A stretch of DNA of 64,000 bases from Camelus dromedarius. Its lineage: Eukaryota. The translations under genes and the position numbers were made by a program. Every line of letters starts with the position of its first letter. The first letter of the stretch is position 1. This document shows, one piece after another, positions 1 to 13,410 of this stretch. A model generated the notes under the pieces. It was not told where the DNA came from and did no database searches. It worked only from the letters and a program-made list of their open reading frames with translations. The stretch covers positions 57,972,001 through 58,036,000 of the forward strand of contig NC_087436.1 of the NCBI RefSeq assembly GCF_036321535.1. Direction: 5' to 3'.

Positions 1-1109
1 TATAATTAACATCATTACACAAAAGTGAACAATATATGTTTAGTGCTGGTCATTGATCACATATGTCTTAATGAATGGCAATTCTCACACTTACAGGATG
101 AAAATATTATTGAAAACTGCAGAGATACACTGAGGCCCAGCACTTCTCAGATTTTACTTGGGTTTATAGTGATAATAGTAATTCTTCCTCAATTTAAGTA
201 GTTTCATGAAAAACAGTTTACTTCCAAGGATTCAAGTGAACCTGACTTCAAATAGTCAGTGAAATATCCACATTTGGTGAAATATCCAAAAATTTCAGCT
301 TATTTTTTTCAGCTTATTTTTAAATTCATATATACATTTCCAAAATGCTATGATGATGGGTGTGTATTATAGTCTTTGTTTTTAAACCAATTCATCTTGA
401 AATAGAGCAACCCTGATAGAATAGGGGCTGGATAATTTAGAAATACTTAAAGGTTTACAATTTTAAAAACAGTCATTGAGCTGTAAAGCATATGGTTTAC
501 TCACCAAAATCTGTATCTTGAAATTGTGATTTCATTTCTACCAAAAATTTGTGAAGCTTTTGATTGTAGCTATAGTGAGTTCAGGTCAGATGCACTAAGA
601 TGGGGTTTGGATCATGCTGGAAGTGTATTTCAGGACTCTGAGCAAAGGCAAACCTGTACTGTTACAAAATACAGTCAGAACCGTGCCCACTTCTGACCGA
701 GCCCAGGTTTCCTGGGCTCCTAGTCCTGCTCTTCTTCAGTCCTGCCCAGAGAACTTAGCATCAGGTAGTCATTACTGCCATCTTTTTCCTCCACAAGTCC
801 CAGATGAGGGTGACTACTTAAACTTCTTAGGTTAAGTCAGCATTGCTCTCTTGTTCTGCAGGTTCACATTCAGCATATCTAGGGATCTTGATATATCAGT
901 AATTAAATACTATCTTGTGAATCACTTGAGTTCTAACAATTTCTTTCATTCCAAAAATTCCTTTACATGATAATATATTTCTGCAACCTATATTTGAATA
1001 TACAGTCACTGATTATTAAATATGTATATTATTCAATATAAATAATATTCAATATATGTTATATCATAAGCATACACACTAAAACAAAATCTATTTAGTC
1101 CAAATATCC

Positions 1110-1530
1110 TGTCTATGCTTGACTCAAAACACCTTAACATTCCCTTCAGCCTGACTCAGCTTTAAACAGGTTTCTGTCTGACTCTAGGTCTTTTGAGTTC
1201 CCTTTTCTTTGAGCACTTACTTTAGAATCCTTGCAATTGTAAATTCTTCATCTGCTCCTTTAACATGTATATCTCCCAGGCTCTCATTAGTTTTACAATC
1301 CAAAAATGTCTTTCTCCAGGACCTAGAAGTCATCCCTTTGACATGTAATAATCAAGGAAGATAGAGTCTCTCTCTCTCCAGATCTCTGTGGTTGGGTAGG
1401 AGGCTAACTTTGGTAAACACCAGTTACCAAACACAAACACAGATTGCCTCATCACACTGACCAAACCCCCAATAATGATCATGTCCTCCAGTACTTTTCC
1501 ACTAGCTCACCCCAGGGCAAACTCTCCTTA
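1110..1530. mobile_element. ERV1-class LTR remnant (MER34/MER39-like)
   Basis: Motifs such as ttgcaattgtaaattctt, ctttgacatgtaataatcaaggaagatag and ccagtacttttccactagctc resemble recalled MER34/39-group LTRs. Confidence 0.5.
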
Positions 1531-1619
1531 AAAATGATCTAATGGGAGTTAGTCATACCAACTACTTCTTTGCCATATACAAAAAGCTAGGATGATTTTT
1601 CTCACATTTATTGGATACC

Positions 1620-1878
1620 TGGAGAGGTAATACAGCACAGTACACACCTGAAGAATGGTCTGGACTTGGCTGCCCTCTTACTTGCTGTGTGACCTGGGGC
1701 TACTTTCACAATCTCTTTGTATCTCGATTTCCCTTTTTTTTCTTTTTTTTTTGTAAAATGAGGCCAACCATTGCATCTACTTCATAGATTTGGTGTGAGG
1801 ATTAAATATGATAATATGTAAAACATGATTAGAACAGTGTCTGGCACATAAGAAAAGCTCAATAAATGTTAATTACTG
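1620..1878 (+). mobile_element. MIR SINE
   Basis: MIR core and tail: cttacttgctgtgtgacctgggg...tgtaaaatg...tgtgaggattaaat...tagaacagtgtctggcacata...ctcaataaatgtt. Confidence 0.85.
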
Positions 1879-2465
1879 CCGATGGCAACTACTTTACAAT
1901 GTACAGAATCAACTCAGATTTCTTGCCTCCAATTAGTTATGCCTTATCAGTTTACATTTAGAATTAATTGCTTTTTTTGCATTTTCATTTATTTTGTGCT
2001 AAAAATTTCAGGCAGACTGATTTGCCTCTTAGATGGCATGTTAAAAGACTGTTAACATAAACTTACCAGCTGAAGGCTAGAAAGGTAAGTATTACTTGAA
2101 AACCAATTATACGCTTCCCATAAAGGAATTAATGATGAAAACTGTCAGAAAACAGTAAAAATGTAAACATGATGACTAAGTTAACAAAAAGTAAACTGCA
2201 GTTAATCTACTTAATCTAGATGGACAAACGTATATACATCCTTCCTTTATTTTTTTACTTGTAGAAGGAAGATAATATTATACTTATCTCACTGGATTTT
2301 TTTGAGGATTATATAAGATAATTTACAGAGTGATTAGCTTAGTGTCAGACACCTGAAAAGAGTCCAATAAATGTTGACTAGCTATTATTAGGGGGAAAGT
2401 GAAATGGAGGTGTAATATGCCAGCAACAAAAATTCCGTAAGAACAAATTTTAGTGTTTCACTGAA

Positions 2466-2945
2466 TAGTGATTATCAACTAGGGATGATTTTAATCCCCC
2501 ATGTTATCCCCAAGTAATTGGAACATTTGGCACTATCTGGCTTTTCTTCCCCCTACAGTTTCTGTTTTTTATTTTGGTGAAACAGATATAAAATTAAACT
2601 TTCCATTTAAACCATTTTTAAGTGTATAAATCAGTGGCATTAATTACATTCACAATGTTGTGCAACCATCACTCCTATTTCTAAAACTATTTAATTAACT
2701 CATGAAGAAATTGTACTCATTAAGCAATAACTCTGTTTCCCTCCCTCCCCCCAGTCCCTGGTAACCTCCAATCTACAGTCCATCTCTGTTAATTTGTATC
2801 TGGCACTTTTTTTTTATTGTCGTGATTGGTGTCCACGGGGTAGAAGTAGGAATCCTGCTAAACATATTACAATACACAAGACAGCTTCCCACAACAAAGA
2901 ATTATCTGGTCCAATTTATCAGTACTGCCAAAGCTGAGAAATTTT
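2466..2945 (+). mobile_element. MER20 (hAT-Charlie) split by an L1 insertion
   Basis: 5' part ggaacatttggcactatctgg; 3' part ctgctaaacatattacaatacacaagacagcttcccacaacaaagaattatctgg...gctgagaaa. Confidence 0.8.
2542..2796 (-). mobile_element. L1 (L1MB-like) 3' end nested in MER20
   Basis: Antisense L1 3'UTR (aaccatttttaagtgtata...cacaatgttgtgcaaccatcac...ccctggtaacctccaatcta). Flanked by the direct repeat TATCTGGC at 2534-2541 and 2797-2804. Confidence 0.8.
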
Positions 2946-3429
2946 TGTTCTGGGTGAATACATTTTTGTTCATCTCTGAAGTATTAATCTACTTAACGTG
3001 CTTTCTTTGAAACTGTAGTTTAGACTTATTATGTAAGCATAAATAAAATATAAGGAAAGTTTTATATGTATTTCTTTCATAAATTTGGTAACTTGTATTA
3101 AGAAGTTGGTTTCTTACTGGAAATCAATGGCTTCCCAGCATGTCTTATGTCATCTGTGTTATGGTCCCCATAGATGGCCTGGTCCTTTTTTAGTTGCTTT
3201 TTGGTTAGTCCCCCTCCCTGGGTAAGCCATCCTTTTTAACTTCTTCGTATTTTTTTTTTCTGCCTCCACATCCAGTCTGCTAAATACTCACAGAGAACAA
3301 GTGAATTAAAATACATTGATTCTACTATAAATGCATCCCATCCAAACGCAACTGAGCCTTCCTTTAACCTTCAAAATCCTTTGTATATAAACATAATCTA
3401 TTTATAAAACGGATCCTACTTCATTGCAA

Positions 3430-3950
3430 TAATGCTATGTTGATTCTGATGCTATATCTTGCATCTTCAGTGTCTCTCTTTCCACCTGATGTCTCTTATT
3501 TAGAAAACATCTTCCTTGAAATAGGTTTCTGCCTAAGATACAGTACTATTCGACCCTCCTTTTTGTTTCCAAACTTGAACGAGCTGCCTACTCTTACTCT
3601 ATTATTTGCTAATAACCTCTTACCGTCTTTCCCCTCACACTGTTTTAGTAAATGGTTTTTCAAAGGTCACCAACGATCATCTCATTGATAAACACAATAG
3701 CTTAAGACTCCTGGGTTCCATTCCTTCATTTCCACTAATAACATGCATGCCTCAATCTAGATGTTCCAGAATAACATCAAGTTTATGATTAAAAGTTTAT
3801 TTATCATATTATCTCAAAACATGTTCATTTTCTTATGTCCCTGATTTCATAGCATTAGTGTTACTGAAACCCAGACTTAAAACATAGGATCCATCTCTGT
3901 TGCCCATATCTCAACCTCGTTAAATACATCTAATAAGTTTCCCAGTCTAT
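3430..3950 (+). mobile_element. L2 LINE fragments
   Basis: Pyrimidine-rich, with L2-like motifs such as tcaaaggtcaccaacgatcatctcattgataaa. Confidence 0.5.
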
Positions 3951-5647
3951 TAACACCATTTTTATTTTCTTCTTTACCCTACTCTACAGTTCTGGGACAT
4001 TGTACAACTAAAACTTATTAAAATTTTTCTAAGTGTGAACATTATTCTACATATTATTTATATATTACCAAGTATAGCCTTCAGAATAACTCTGTGATCC
4101 AGGAATTATTCCATTTTATGGATGACGAAAATAAAGCTAAGTGAATTTAAGTGGCTTGGCCAGGGCTCTACAGCTAATTAAGCAGAAACAATCCAAATTC
4201 CATGTTCATGCTGCCTTTGTAGCTTATCCCCTTCTTTAGATTTGACCTTCGAAGTTTTTCATCTACCAACCTGGTACAACCTTACTTCTTGACTTTGCAT
4301 CCTAAAATTCTACTTCTGTTAGCCTGTGTCCCCAACCTATCCAGCTCCTTGCAAATTTCCATCTCAGTATCTTTATTTATGCTTTTCTTCATTCATGGAA
4401 GGATGCCCTTCTACCATATTGCCTTAAAGCAAAATCCTGAATATGACTTTCAGGTACTGACTTAAATGTTGCCTCATCAAGTAATATATGTATTTTAAGT
4501 AATTCATATTTGAAATTAATGGACCCACATTGTTCATATAATTTTAGTGTTGGGTGGATACACATAAGTTTAATCTTTTAATCCTCTTATGCTACAGTTG
4601 TGTGTATTCTATTAAAAATAGGTTTTTCCGGAAAAATCAAATGAACTTTCTTAGTTTCCTCTACCTAACCCATTTATTTCCTTTGTATTTATCTGTATTA
4701 TAGTAAGAAAAATTCTGAATAGAACTGTAACTTCGGGGGATACCTACTAACTTTTCAACAAAGCTTCATGGGGTGGCTGTACCTTAAAATCTTATCCTCT
4801 ACAAATCTAAAATATTGATTTTATCAGTGAGTATTTAAGGAATTGAGTGAGTTCTGGGAGACTGATTCACACTAACCCAGGTTGATAAGTAGATTTAGAC
4901 TCCAGTACTAAGATCCATTTGCCATGGCTGCCTGGAAGGAAAAGCAGGGCAGAGTGTAGTAATCTATGTTTTGGTCTGGGAACGGAAAATAATGGTGCTT
5001 GTAGCAAGTATTTGCCATCTATGAACCAAGCAAACTTATTAGAAAAAAGCACATTAATTACATTGCTAATTTATTTTTTTTGCAGCAAACATATCTCTCT
5101 AGTGCTTACATTCAGGGGCTCATCATTCTCCTAACTTCAAAAGGTGATGTTGAGAATGGGAGCAGAAACAAGGAGGGGCATAATTTTGAAATGACTTCAC
5201 TCAGACCATGATAAGGCCTGATAAACTGTGCCTGGTGTACCACAGAGAATACTTTTATCTGTGGCATGTCCTTGCTTTCCAGGTTGGATGTCTTTCTTTT
5301 CTAGGCAGTAACAGACAAACACTGCCAAATTCTAATCTTCAAATTTATCATTTTAGGCCTATTTTAACTAATCGCTTTTTGTTTTGTCTATATAAGTTCA
5401 TGGAGAGAAATCCCAATATATATTTAAGCACTCCTGGATTCATTCACATTCCAGACTTGCTTTGATAAGACTATAGAAAGTCATGGTAAGAATTTCTCAA
5501 AGTAGCCAAGACTTCTCAGTTACCCCATAACTAGTAAAATTTGGGTTTACTTCTAGATCTGGGTAATCTTATATATTATCTGAAAACTTTGATTAAGTTT
5601 TTAGATAGCAACTTTGTTTTCTTTATTTTTAATTCCCTTTGGGAGTA

Positions 5648-5768
5648 GGGGAGGGTATAGCTCAATGGGAGAGTGTGCTTAGCATGCAGGAGGTCCTGGG
5701 TTCAATCCGTAGTACCTCCATTAAAAGTAAATAAATAAACCTAGTTACCTCCCCTTACCCCCCAATTG
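5648..5768 (+). mobile_element. tRNA-Ala-derived SINE, Vic-1-like (camelid)
   Basis: Head ggggagggtatagctcaatgggagagtgtgcttagcatgcaggaggtcctgggttcaatcc carries pol III A and B boxes; body is aaataaataaacctagttacctcccc. Flanked by a perfect 21-bp direct repeat at 5626-5646 and 5769-5789. Confidence 0.85.
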
Positions 5769-6404
5769 TTTTTAATTCCCTTTGGGAGTTGGGAAGAGTA
5801 ACTTAACTATTTATTTTCTTGTGGTTTTATGAGTTTTGTACATTTTATGTTTACATTTTCCTTATTAGTCTATCTGTCCTTTGTAGGCTAGACCCATATA
5901 TCTTTCATGACTGTATTCCTAGCAACACTTTGCACATTGTCTTGCACAGAATAGCTTTAAACATATTGTCTGAATGAATAAATAAATAAATAAATAAATA
6001 CTGGATTAGACAAGGATTTCAATTCCCTTGCCTTGAAAGTTGTGGCAATTGTGATTTTATATTTCAAATAAGAGTACAACCTTCACTTACGTTCTGTTAT
6101 TTTCTTGCTTAAATTTGCTTAAATAAATAGAAGAGAGTGAAAATCTTGACTTATCAAAACCCTAACAGAAAAGAAGCAAACTATCAAATTAGATGCTGCA
6201 AAGGCAAAAATTGTTAAATGACCTTTAGACTGTTAGGAGAAATTAGTAGCAAACTGCTACCAATATCAGCATCCAAGTCAGTAGTCACAGTGGGTTGGAT
6301 CTGTCTTATTTGGAAGCTTGGACTTATTGCAACCTAGTTCTCTGCTTAGTCCCCATCTTCAGGGAATACTTCTGAGAGTTAAATAGAGCTCCAAGAAGAA
6401 AAGC

Positions 6405-6728
6405 ATAATTTGGGAGTTTGAGATTGCAAATGTTAACCATTTTATATAAAAATAGATAAAAAACAAATTTCCTCTGTATAGCACAGGGAACTACATTCAA
6501 TATTTTATAACAACCTTTAGTGAAAAAGAATATGAAAACAAATATATACACACACACACACACACACACATACACACACACACACATATACACGCACACA
6601 CATATACATATATATACACACACACACACACACATGACTGGGACATTAAGCTGTACACCAGAAACTGACACATTGTAACTGACTATCCTTCAATTAAAAA
6701 AAGGAAAAAGAATGAAAAAAAAAAAGAA
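6405..6728 (+). mobile_element. 5'-truncated cetartiodactyl-type L1 3' end with internal (CA)n and A-rich tail
   Basis: ctgtatagcacagggaactacattcaat...gctgtacaccagaaactgacacattgtaactgactat followed by an A-tail. Possible TSD AAGAAAAGC at 6396-6404 and 6729-6737. Confidence 0.85.
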
Positions 6729-7449
6729 AAGAAAAGCCTGATGTTCTTTTAGGCCTCATTAACAGAAGGAAGACCTGTCATGCATGATTTTGGTCAAGTG
6801 GAAAGTAAAATAAATCTGAGACCTCATTTGGAAAAAAGAATTATGCAAAACTGTGGGCTGGCTAGTAACTGAACTGCCTTTCAAGTTCAATACAATACTG
6901 AGCTAGAGTAAAAACTTGGATTTACAGTAGTTCAGTAATAATTGATAACTATAATATAAGAAAACTTAAATTCAGGAAGGAATGAAGCAGTCTTTGCTAG
7001 AGGATTTGGTGGATTTGTTTTTAACTCCAGTTAAATTAAAATTCTTTTTTTCTCTTAAAATTCCATGCCATTGTACAAATCATATCCATAAAGAGCAGGT
7101 GAATTTTTAAGTGAATGGTCGCTAGCTGCTACTTTATGACCCATGACTATTGAGCCCTTGGAAATTCCGAGTTTCAACTTTTATTATAGAATCCAGCATC
7201 ATTAACTTTTGTTATCATGGGATCATAGAAAGATTTTTATCCCAATGAAATCATCAGTATAGCCTTTCATTCCCTCCTAAAATCATGTGCTTCATCTTAG
7301 ACAGGAAAAAAAATGATATAGACACAAAATGCTGTGCAGGAATAAAATAGCCCTATACTTTCAAATATACTGATTAACTCCCTTTTTATTTACTGGTGGT
7401 GGAGACATATAGTATTCTTTTGCATTCAGGTACACTGGTCTTGTGTTGA

Positions 7450-8590
7450 AATGAATAGAAGACACCATATGGAAAATAAATGTATCTCAACCTCTCTACA
7501 ATCAATTTCAGATGGATTTCATATTTAAATGTAAATGATAAAACAAAATTTCTAGAAAAAACATGAGAGTATGTCTTCATGATTGTGGAGCAGGAAGTTT
7601 CTATTAAAAAAGACAAAAAGCACTAATACAAAGAAAGCAAGTTAATAAGGGACTACATTACAAATAAAAATTTATACTTATCAAAATTCACCCTTTATAA
7701 AATGAAAAGGTAAACAATGGGAGAAAGTATTTAAAATACATTTGGCAATAGACTCTTATCCCTAATATATATAAAACTCTTACCAATCACGAGGGGAAAT
7801 AAAAGTAAAATGACTTGAATAGGCACTCAATAAATAAAAATATTAAAAAACCCCTCAAATGTACAAAAACCCATCCATCAGGAAAAGGTAAATTAAAAAT
7901 AAAATCTGAATCTAATCCATACCCACCAGTATAAATAAAATGAAGAAGGTGGAAAATAACAAGTGTTGCTGAGGAAGTAGAAAATTGAAATGCTTCTGCT
8001 TATTACCAATGGGAGTCCAAGTTCATGTAAACATATTGGAAAACTGGCTGTATCAGCTGGCATTAATAAGTGACATACCTTATGCATACATCTCGAGCTA
8101 GAAATTCCTTTCCTAGGTATACACTCAACAAAAATACATACGTACACAAGAGACCATGCATAGTACCGATATTTGTAATAAGCAAAACTGGAAAAAATTA
8201 TCAACGTAAGTTATATAAACTGTGGCATATTCATGCAATGGAATACTTTGGAACAATCAAAATGAATAAACTTTTCCTACATATTTCAACACGGTTACAT
8301 ATCATAAACATAATGTTGAACAAAAGAGAAAGACAAAAGAGTATATACAGTATGTTTCTACTCTTACACAGTTTAACATGAATCACAACTAGTTTACTGT
8401 GTGAGAAGTCAAGATAATGCTGTAACTTCAAGGAGTTACAACTGGATGGTGCATGGAAGGGGACTCTAGAAGTGCTAATGTTCTGTTTCTTGGTCTGGAT
8501 GCTGCTTGTGTGGAAATCTGTTGAGTTATAATATATGCACTATAATCATGTACATTATATTTCAATTAAAAGTGTACTTTAAAAATGCAA
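7450..8590 (+). mobile_element. Old L1 (L1M) ORF2 end and 3'UTR
   Basis: Degenerate motifs including aaaatttctagaaaaaacatgagag, ataacaagtgttgctgagga, gaaattcctttcctaggtatacact, tgtggcatattcatgcaatggaatact. Confidence 0.75.
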
Positions 8591-10731
8591 AGCAATCATC
8601 TATGAACACATTATTATGAGAGAGACTTTCATGCAATGAACATATTTTGGGAAAACCTGATAGTCATGTGTTCCTTTTTCTAACATTATGCTAGCCTCAT
8701 CTTAAAAACTGTACATTGCATAATGTCTACAAGTAATTTCTCTTTTTGTAAAAACTGGGTTATTTAAATAGCTGTTAAATAACTATCACAGTAATTGGAA
8801 TATTCTCAGTACCCTTTTGATGACTAGAAACCTTTCTATATCCATTGAGACTAGACAACTTCACTTGTTTTCTAAACCTTCCTAAAGGCTTATTTCTGGC
8901 AAGCTGCTTACGTATTTAAAGTAAGTAAATTTGCCTTTTTGTTGTTTGACAGGATCAAAGTACTCTGGAATATACTACAATGGAATCAAAACTATATTAT
9001 AAAGTATCTTTAAGGAATAAAAGATAATGCCCTCTTCTTATTGCAGAATAAAAGGATTTCGTGTAACAGTAGGGTTCCTTTCTGAAAATTTGAAAAAATG
9101 CAAATAGGCAATATATTCCTTACTATACACATAATAAAACCTCCTGTTTTCAAGGAATTGATTTTTCTTATCAAACCTGAAAACTTAAAGTTATGATCAA
9201 AAAGTTCTAATGTATGTATTCTTTCTGGAAAGGGTTTAATTTACATAGCATCTAATGAACATTCTTCCTATATAAAAACTATTGTTCTTCAAAATATCAT
9301 CCTAATCCATATTTAAATCAAATCATGTGAGCACTCCTGTCTCACTATACTCATTTCAAGGACACTTACAGGTACATTGTGATAACAATTTTCTACGGAT
9401 ATCACAGCAGGCTGACTTACTCAGCGGCACGAAACTGCTGTATTTGTCTTAAACCTTTGAAATCTTGAATGAGAGGTGGAGCACTAAGTGTAGACATGTA
9501 ATGTATTAAATTTCAAAGACTTCAAAGGGAGCATAATTAACTCAATGCCACAAAATTGCTCCAGGGACAGAAAAAAGATGCAAACAGAATTGATATGCCC
9601 ATTCTCCCCCTTAGCAATTAAAAGACAATGCTAAGTGAGCAATTTCTTTTTTAGAACTCATTTCTTTGACTTTTAAGTTAATACTTCCCTTGAAGATTTC
9701 AACAACTTTCCATGCCAACTTATAAAATATAGGAAGCAGTGAAGGTGGGAGTTCTGCTATTGCCTCTCTTTGACCAAAATTTCTGCCTTCCACCCCTTCC
9801 TCTCTTTTGAGCTTACTGAACCTGTCTCTTTGACCTCATCATAACCTTTAGTTCCTCTATCTTTCCTATTATCCCAATCCATCAGTTTCTTTCTAGCTTT
9901 ATTTGCCTTTCTATCCATCATATAATCCACTATAAGTCATTTCTGTATTTCTTAGGACTTGACAATCAGGTATCCCTTTAACTGGCTGACAACTTACTTT
10001 ACCAGTTTCAAATGGTGAGTGTCATCAGCAACAGCTACAAAGATGCTAAATGATGCTGGAGTAAGTTGAGAATAATATTGATTAGATCTAAGGAGGCTTT
10101 TAATTTTCTCAACTGTAAATTTGGAATTTGAACAGAATGTTACAAGTTGTACTTCCCAAGCCTAAAATGTCATGGTTCAATATATTATTTCTTAAACATT
10201 ATAACAATGGTTCTTTAAAATACTTTCTGTTAATCTCTAAAAATCTGAAAGACCATTCTGGAACTTTCAACTCAAGAAAGTCAAAGGGGATCACCTCCAT
10301 AACCCCAATAAAAGATAAGGGATTGAATAGATATATAAAACAAGACCCAGGAGGAAAAAGGGACAGAAGCCATCAGAAAATGTTTTTAAATAAATTACTG
10401 AAAAAAGAAAAGCAGATGAAATAGTGCTATCTGATGAAGCATTACAGGAGGAGCCAGGACTAGGTATCATCATAAGAGGCAGCAGCTGAGCAGAGGACTG
10501 CACCCTGCAGAGTCCTAGCAATTTTGAGGCTTATAAACGCCAAGCCAAATGGAGGGCAGGAGTGAAGTGGGAAACTGAAAAATCTGGGAGTACAGCTATG
10601 TTCTCTATATTTCTGTGAACACTAAATAGTAAATTCTGACCCATTGCTCCTAGGCGATGTACAGGGTTTGGGTCTTGCAAGCCTCTGGTTTTATGTATGA
10701 TTCTATTTAAAGACAGTTTATCTATATTGTC

Positions 10732-11077
10732 TGTGTTAGTCCATTCTAGCTGTTATAACAAAATACCACAGATTAGGTAGCTTACAAACCTTATTTCTCA
10801 CAGTTCTGGAAGCTGGAATTCCAAGAACAGGGTGCCAGCAGGATTGGGTGAGGACCCTCTTCCAGTTGTGGACTTTCCCTTCTATTTTTACATGATGGAA
10901 GAGGCTAGGGAGATCTGCGGGGTCTCTTTAGCATTTACAGTAGCACTAATCTTATTCATGAGGTCCCCACCCTCAAGACTTAAGTACCTTCCAAATGCTC
11001 TACCTCCTGTTACCATCACATTGGGCACAGGATTTCAACATATAAATTTTAGAGACACAAACATTCAAACAATAGCA
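10732..11077 (-). mobile_element. MaLR solo LTR (MLT1A/MST-like)
   Basis: tgtgttagtccattctagctgttataacaaaataccacaga...atttctcacagttctggaagctgg...ggatttcaacatataaatttt...caaacattcaaacaatagca. Confidence 0.85.
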
Positions 11078-11531
11078 TGTTGATACATTAACACTGAACG
11101 CATGGCCAATGGCACTATAACTCCTGCCCAAATGAGGCTTATGTGACACAGGTATATTTTCAGTAAGACACATCATAGCCCTCTCACTCTTAGGAACACT
11201 GGACAGCACTTCAGCACAATGCTTGGGGGCTATTTTAAATAGTGAAATCACCAACAAAAGGCATAAAATGTGCAAAAACAACACTAAATAGACTGTAGAA
11301 AGGACACTTGTTTACAATATGAGAGCTGAAACAAGAATGCAGAATGTGGTTTTCTTTGCCCTTAACTGTTAATGAGGGCTGTTGGTCAATTCAGAATTTC
11401 CACACCTCTGCAAATTTCTGTGAGTGACCGTGAAAGCATCCCGAATGCTGACTTATTTGGAGTTACAAATAAATTTTAGTGAGTAGTGAATTTGCAAATA
11501 CAGAATCAGCAAATACGGAAGACTGACTGTA
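11078..11531. mobile_element. TcMar-Tigger DNA transposon remnant (MER6-like)
   Basis: Minus-strand ORF 11000..11284 contains APKHCAEVLSSVPKSERAMMCLTENI, like a Tigger transposase N-terminus. Ends in ...gactgactg followed by TA. Confidence 0.7.
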
Positions 11532-11699
11532 TTGAAACGTATGCTGACTTTCACCGGGATCTTCACCTCCATCCTAGAACAAAGATCACACAAAGACACA
11601 CATACTTCCAGTAAAATAACAGAATCTCATATGCCCAATCTAAATGTAAACTCTTGGGCAAGCCAAAATCCCTTCTTTATATGCACAGCTTTCAGTCAG

Positions 11700-13250
11700 C
11701 ATATTGATGCATTCCTAAATATGAATGTCAACCAAGGATTATGAGACATTTGAAAACAACTGCAATGTGAAAAATATCAAGATAAAACAAGGAAAAATTT
11801 ACCTTAGAATATATAGAGATTATTTGAGGAAATAAGAGAACTTAAAAATTCTAAGTAGTAACTTTTGAAAAATTAAAGATTATGTTAAAAGAAGAAAATG
11901 CTTACCAACATGAAGTGAAATGGATAGTAACTCAGACACATAATCATGAAATTTTAAAACATTAAAGGTAAATTTCCCAAAAGGATTCAAGGTGCAAACA
12001 ACAAACCACCTTCAAGTAAATAAAGATCAGACATCAGCTGGATTTCTCATCAGTTAACTGAATGCCAGATAAATGAATACTACTGATGTTTAAGGTAATT
12101 GGTTTTTCAACCTAGGGATTTATAATTAGCCAACTTATGAAGAATGAAGTCAGAGTAAATATATCTTCATAAATGAAAATAATTTCATAAATAAAACAAT
12201 TCTACCTCCCACATATCCTTCCTTAGGAAGTTACCTGAGGATATTCTCCAGCAAAAATAGGATACTAAAAAACTGGAAGATACAGACTTCAGAAATTCAT
12301 GGATCTGGCCCAAATGAGTGATGAAGAAAGTACCAGAAATAGGACAGGAAAGCAAGTGCTCTGAGAGGGAAGGCTCCAGGCAGGAAACAGGATTTTGAAG
12401 ATTTTCACTAAAGACAGGGATTTGGAATTTATGTAGCCAACAAAGATAAAATAAAGAAAAAAGTAAGAAAAGTAATAACTCAAAATATTTGAAGCTGAGT
12501 GAGAAAAAAACTCAACAAAATCATATCCTACTACTTTGTTGTGCGGTGAAAAATATTCATAGTGATAAAAATATAGTAATCACTTTATAGATTTCCATCC
12601 TATAGAATCAACTTTTAGCCAAGGCATGAAAGATTATTTACAGTTACAGAGTAGAAAATATGTTTCTAATATACCCAATATAAAAGTAAAGCTGTGAATC
12701 GTGGAAGTTGAGGGGCAGCAGAGTAGAAGAGTAGGTAAAGACGCTTTAGGGACACTATACTCACTGTAGTAGACAGAATAGGAGTAAAGGTGTAGCTATG
12801 TAATTTAGAGTTATTTTAAATTGTGTTATACTGAGAGGAGGTGAGGGTATTGGTAAAGCAAATGAACTAAATCTTCATTTACCATATCAGAAAGCAAATA
12901 GGTAGGAGACAAAATAATAAATCAACTAATAATAAATTAGCAGAGTAAATCAAAATACAAAAATTAAAAGTACATAGTAGCTGTATATATCAATGGAGCA
13001 ATATATAACCATTAAAATTACAAGGAACACTTCCTATATCTCAATGGAATGAGCTCCTAGCTGTTACTAAATAGCAAAAATCCAGGCACAGAACTTATAC
13101 CTAGCAGACCACTATTTGCATACAAAAGAGTAAAATAAGAGTGTATATAAAAGGTCCTTTTGAACCTTTTAAATCTTGAACCAGGTGAATGTGGAGAGTA
13201 TTCTGAAAGTAAATACTGATTATATTTTAAACATTAAAATAAGTAATTAT
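11700..13250 (+). mobile_element. Highly degraded old L1 fragments
   Basis: A-rich strand with ORF1-like motifs (atcatgaaattttaaaacatt, gatttctcatcag, tttcaacctagggatttata). Confidence 0.45.
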
Positions 13251-13375
13251 TTCTCAAAAGAATAACTTGAAGGAGATATGGGTGGGCCAAGGGACTCTTG
13301 TTTTACATTATAAAACCCTTGGTTGTATTTGGTTTTTTAAACCCTGTCCATCCCTCTCTCTCTATCACCCACCCA

Positions 13376-13377
<2 letters not shown>

Positions 13378-13407
<30 letters not shown>
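13378..13407 (+). repeat. (CA)n microsatellite
   Basis: Directly visible CA run. Confidence 0.95.

Positions 13408-13410
<3 letters not shown>

Noticed and set aside
5648..5720. tRNA-Ala-like sequence
   Set aside because: The cloverleaf is degenerate and continues into a SINE body flanked by a direct repeat, so it is a SINE head rather than a tRNA gene.
9404..9441. Hammerhead-ribozyme-like CTGA...GAAA with a closing stem on the plus strand
   Set aside because: The core reads CTGACTT rather than CTGANGA, and there is no UH cleavage site or compatible three-stem layout.
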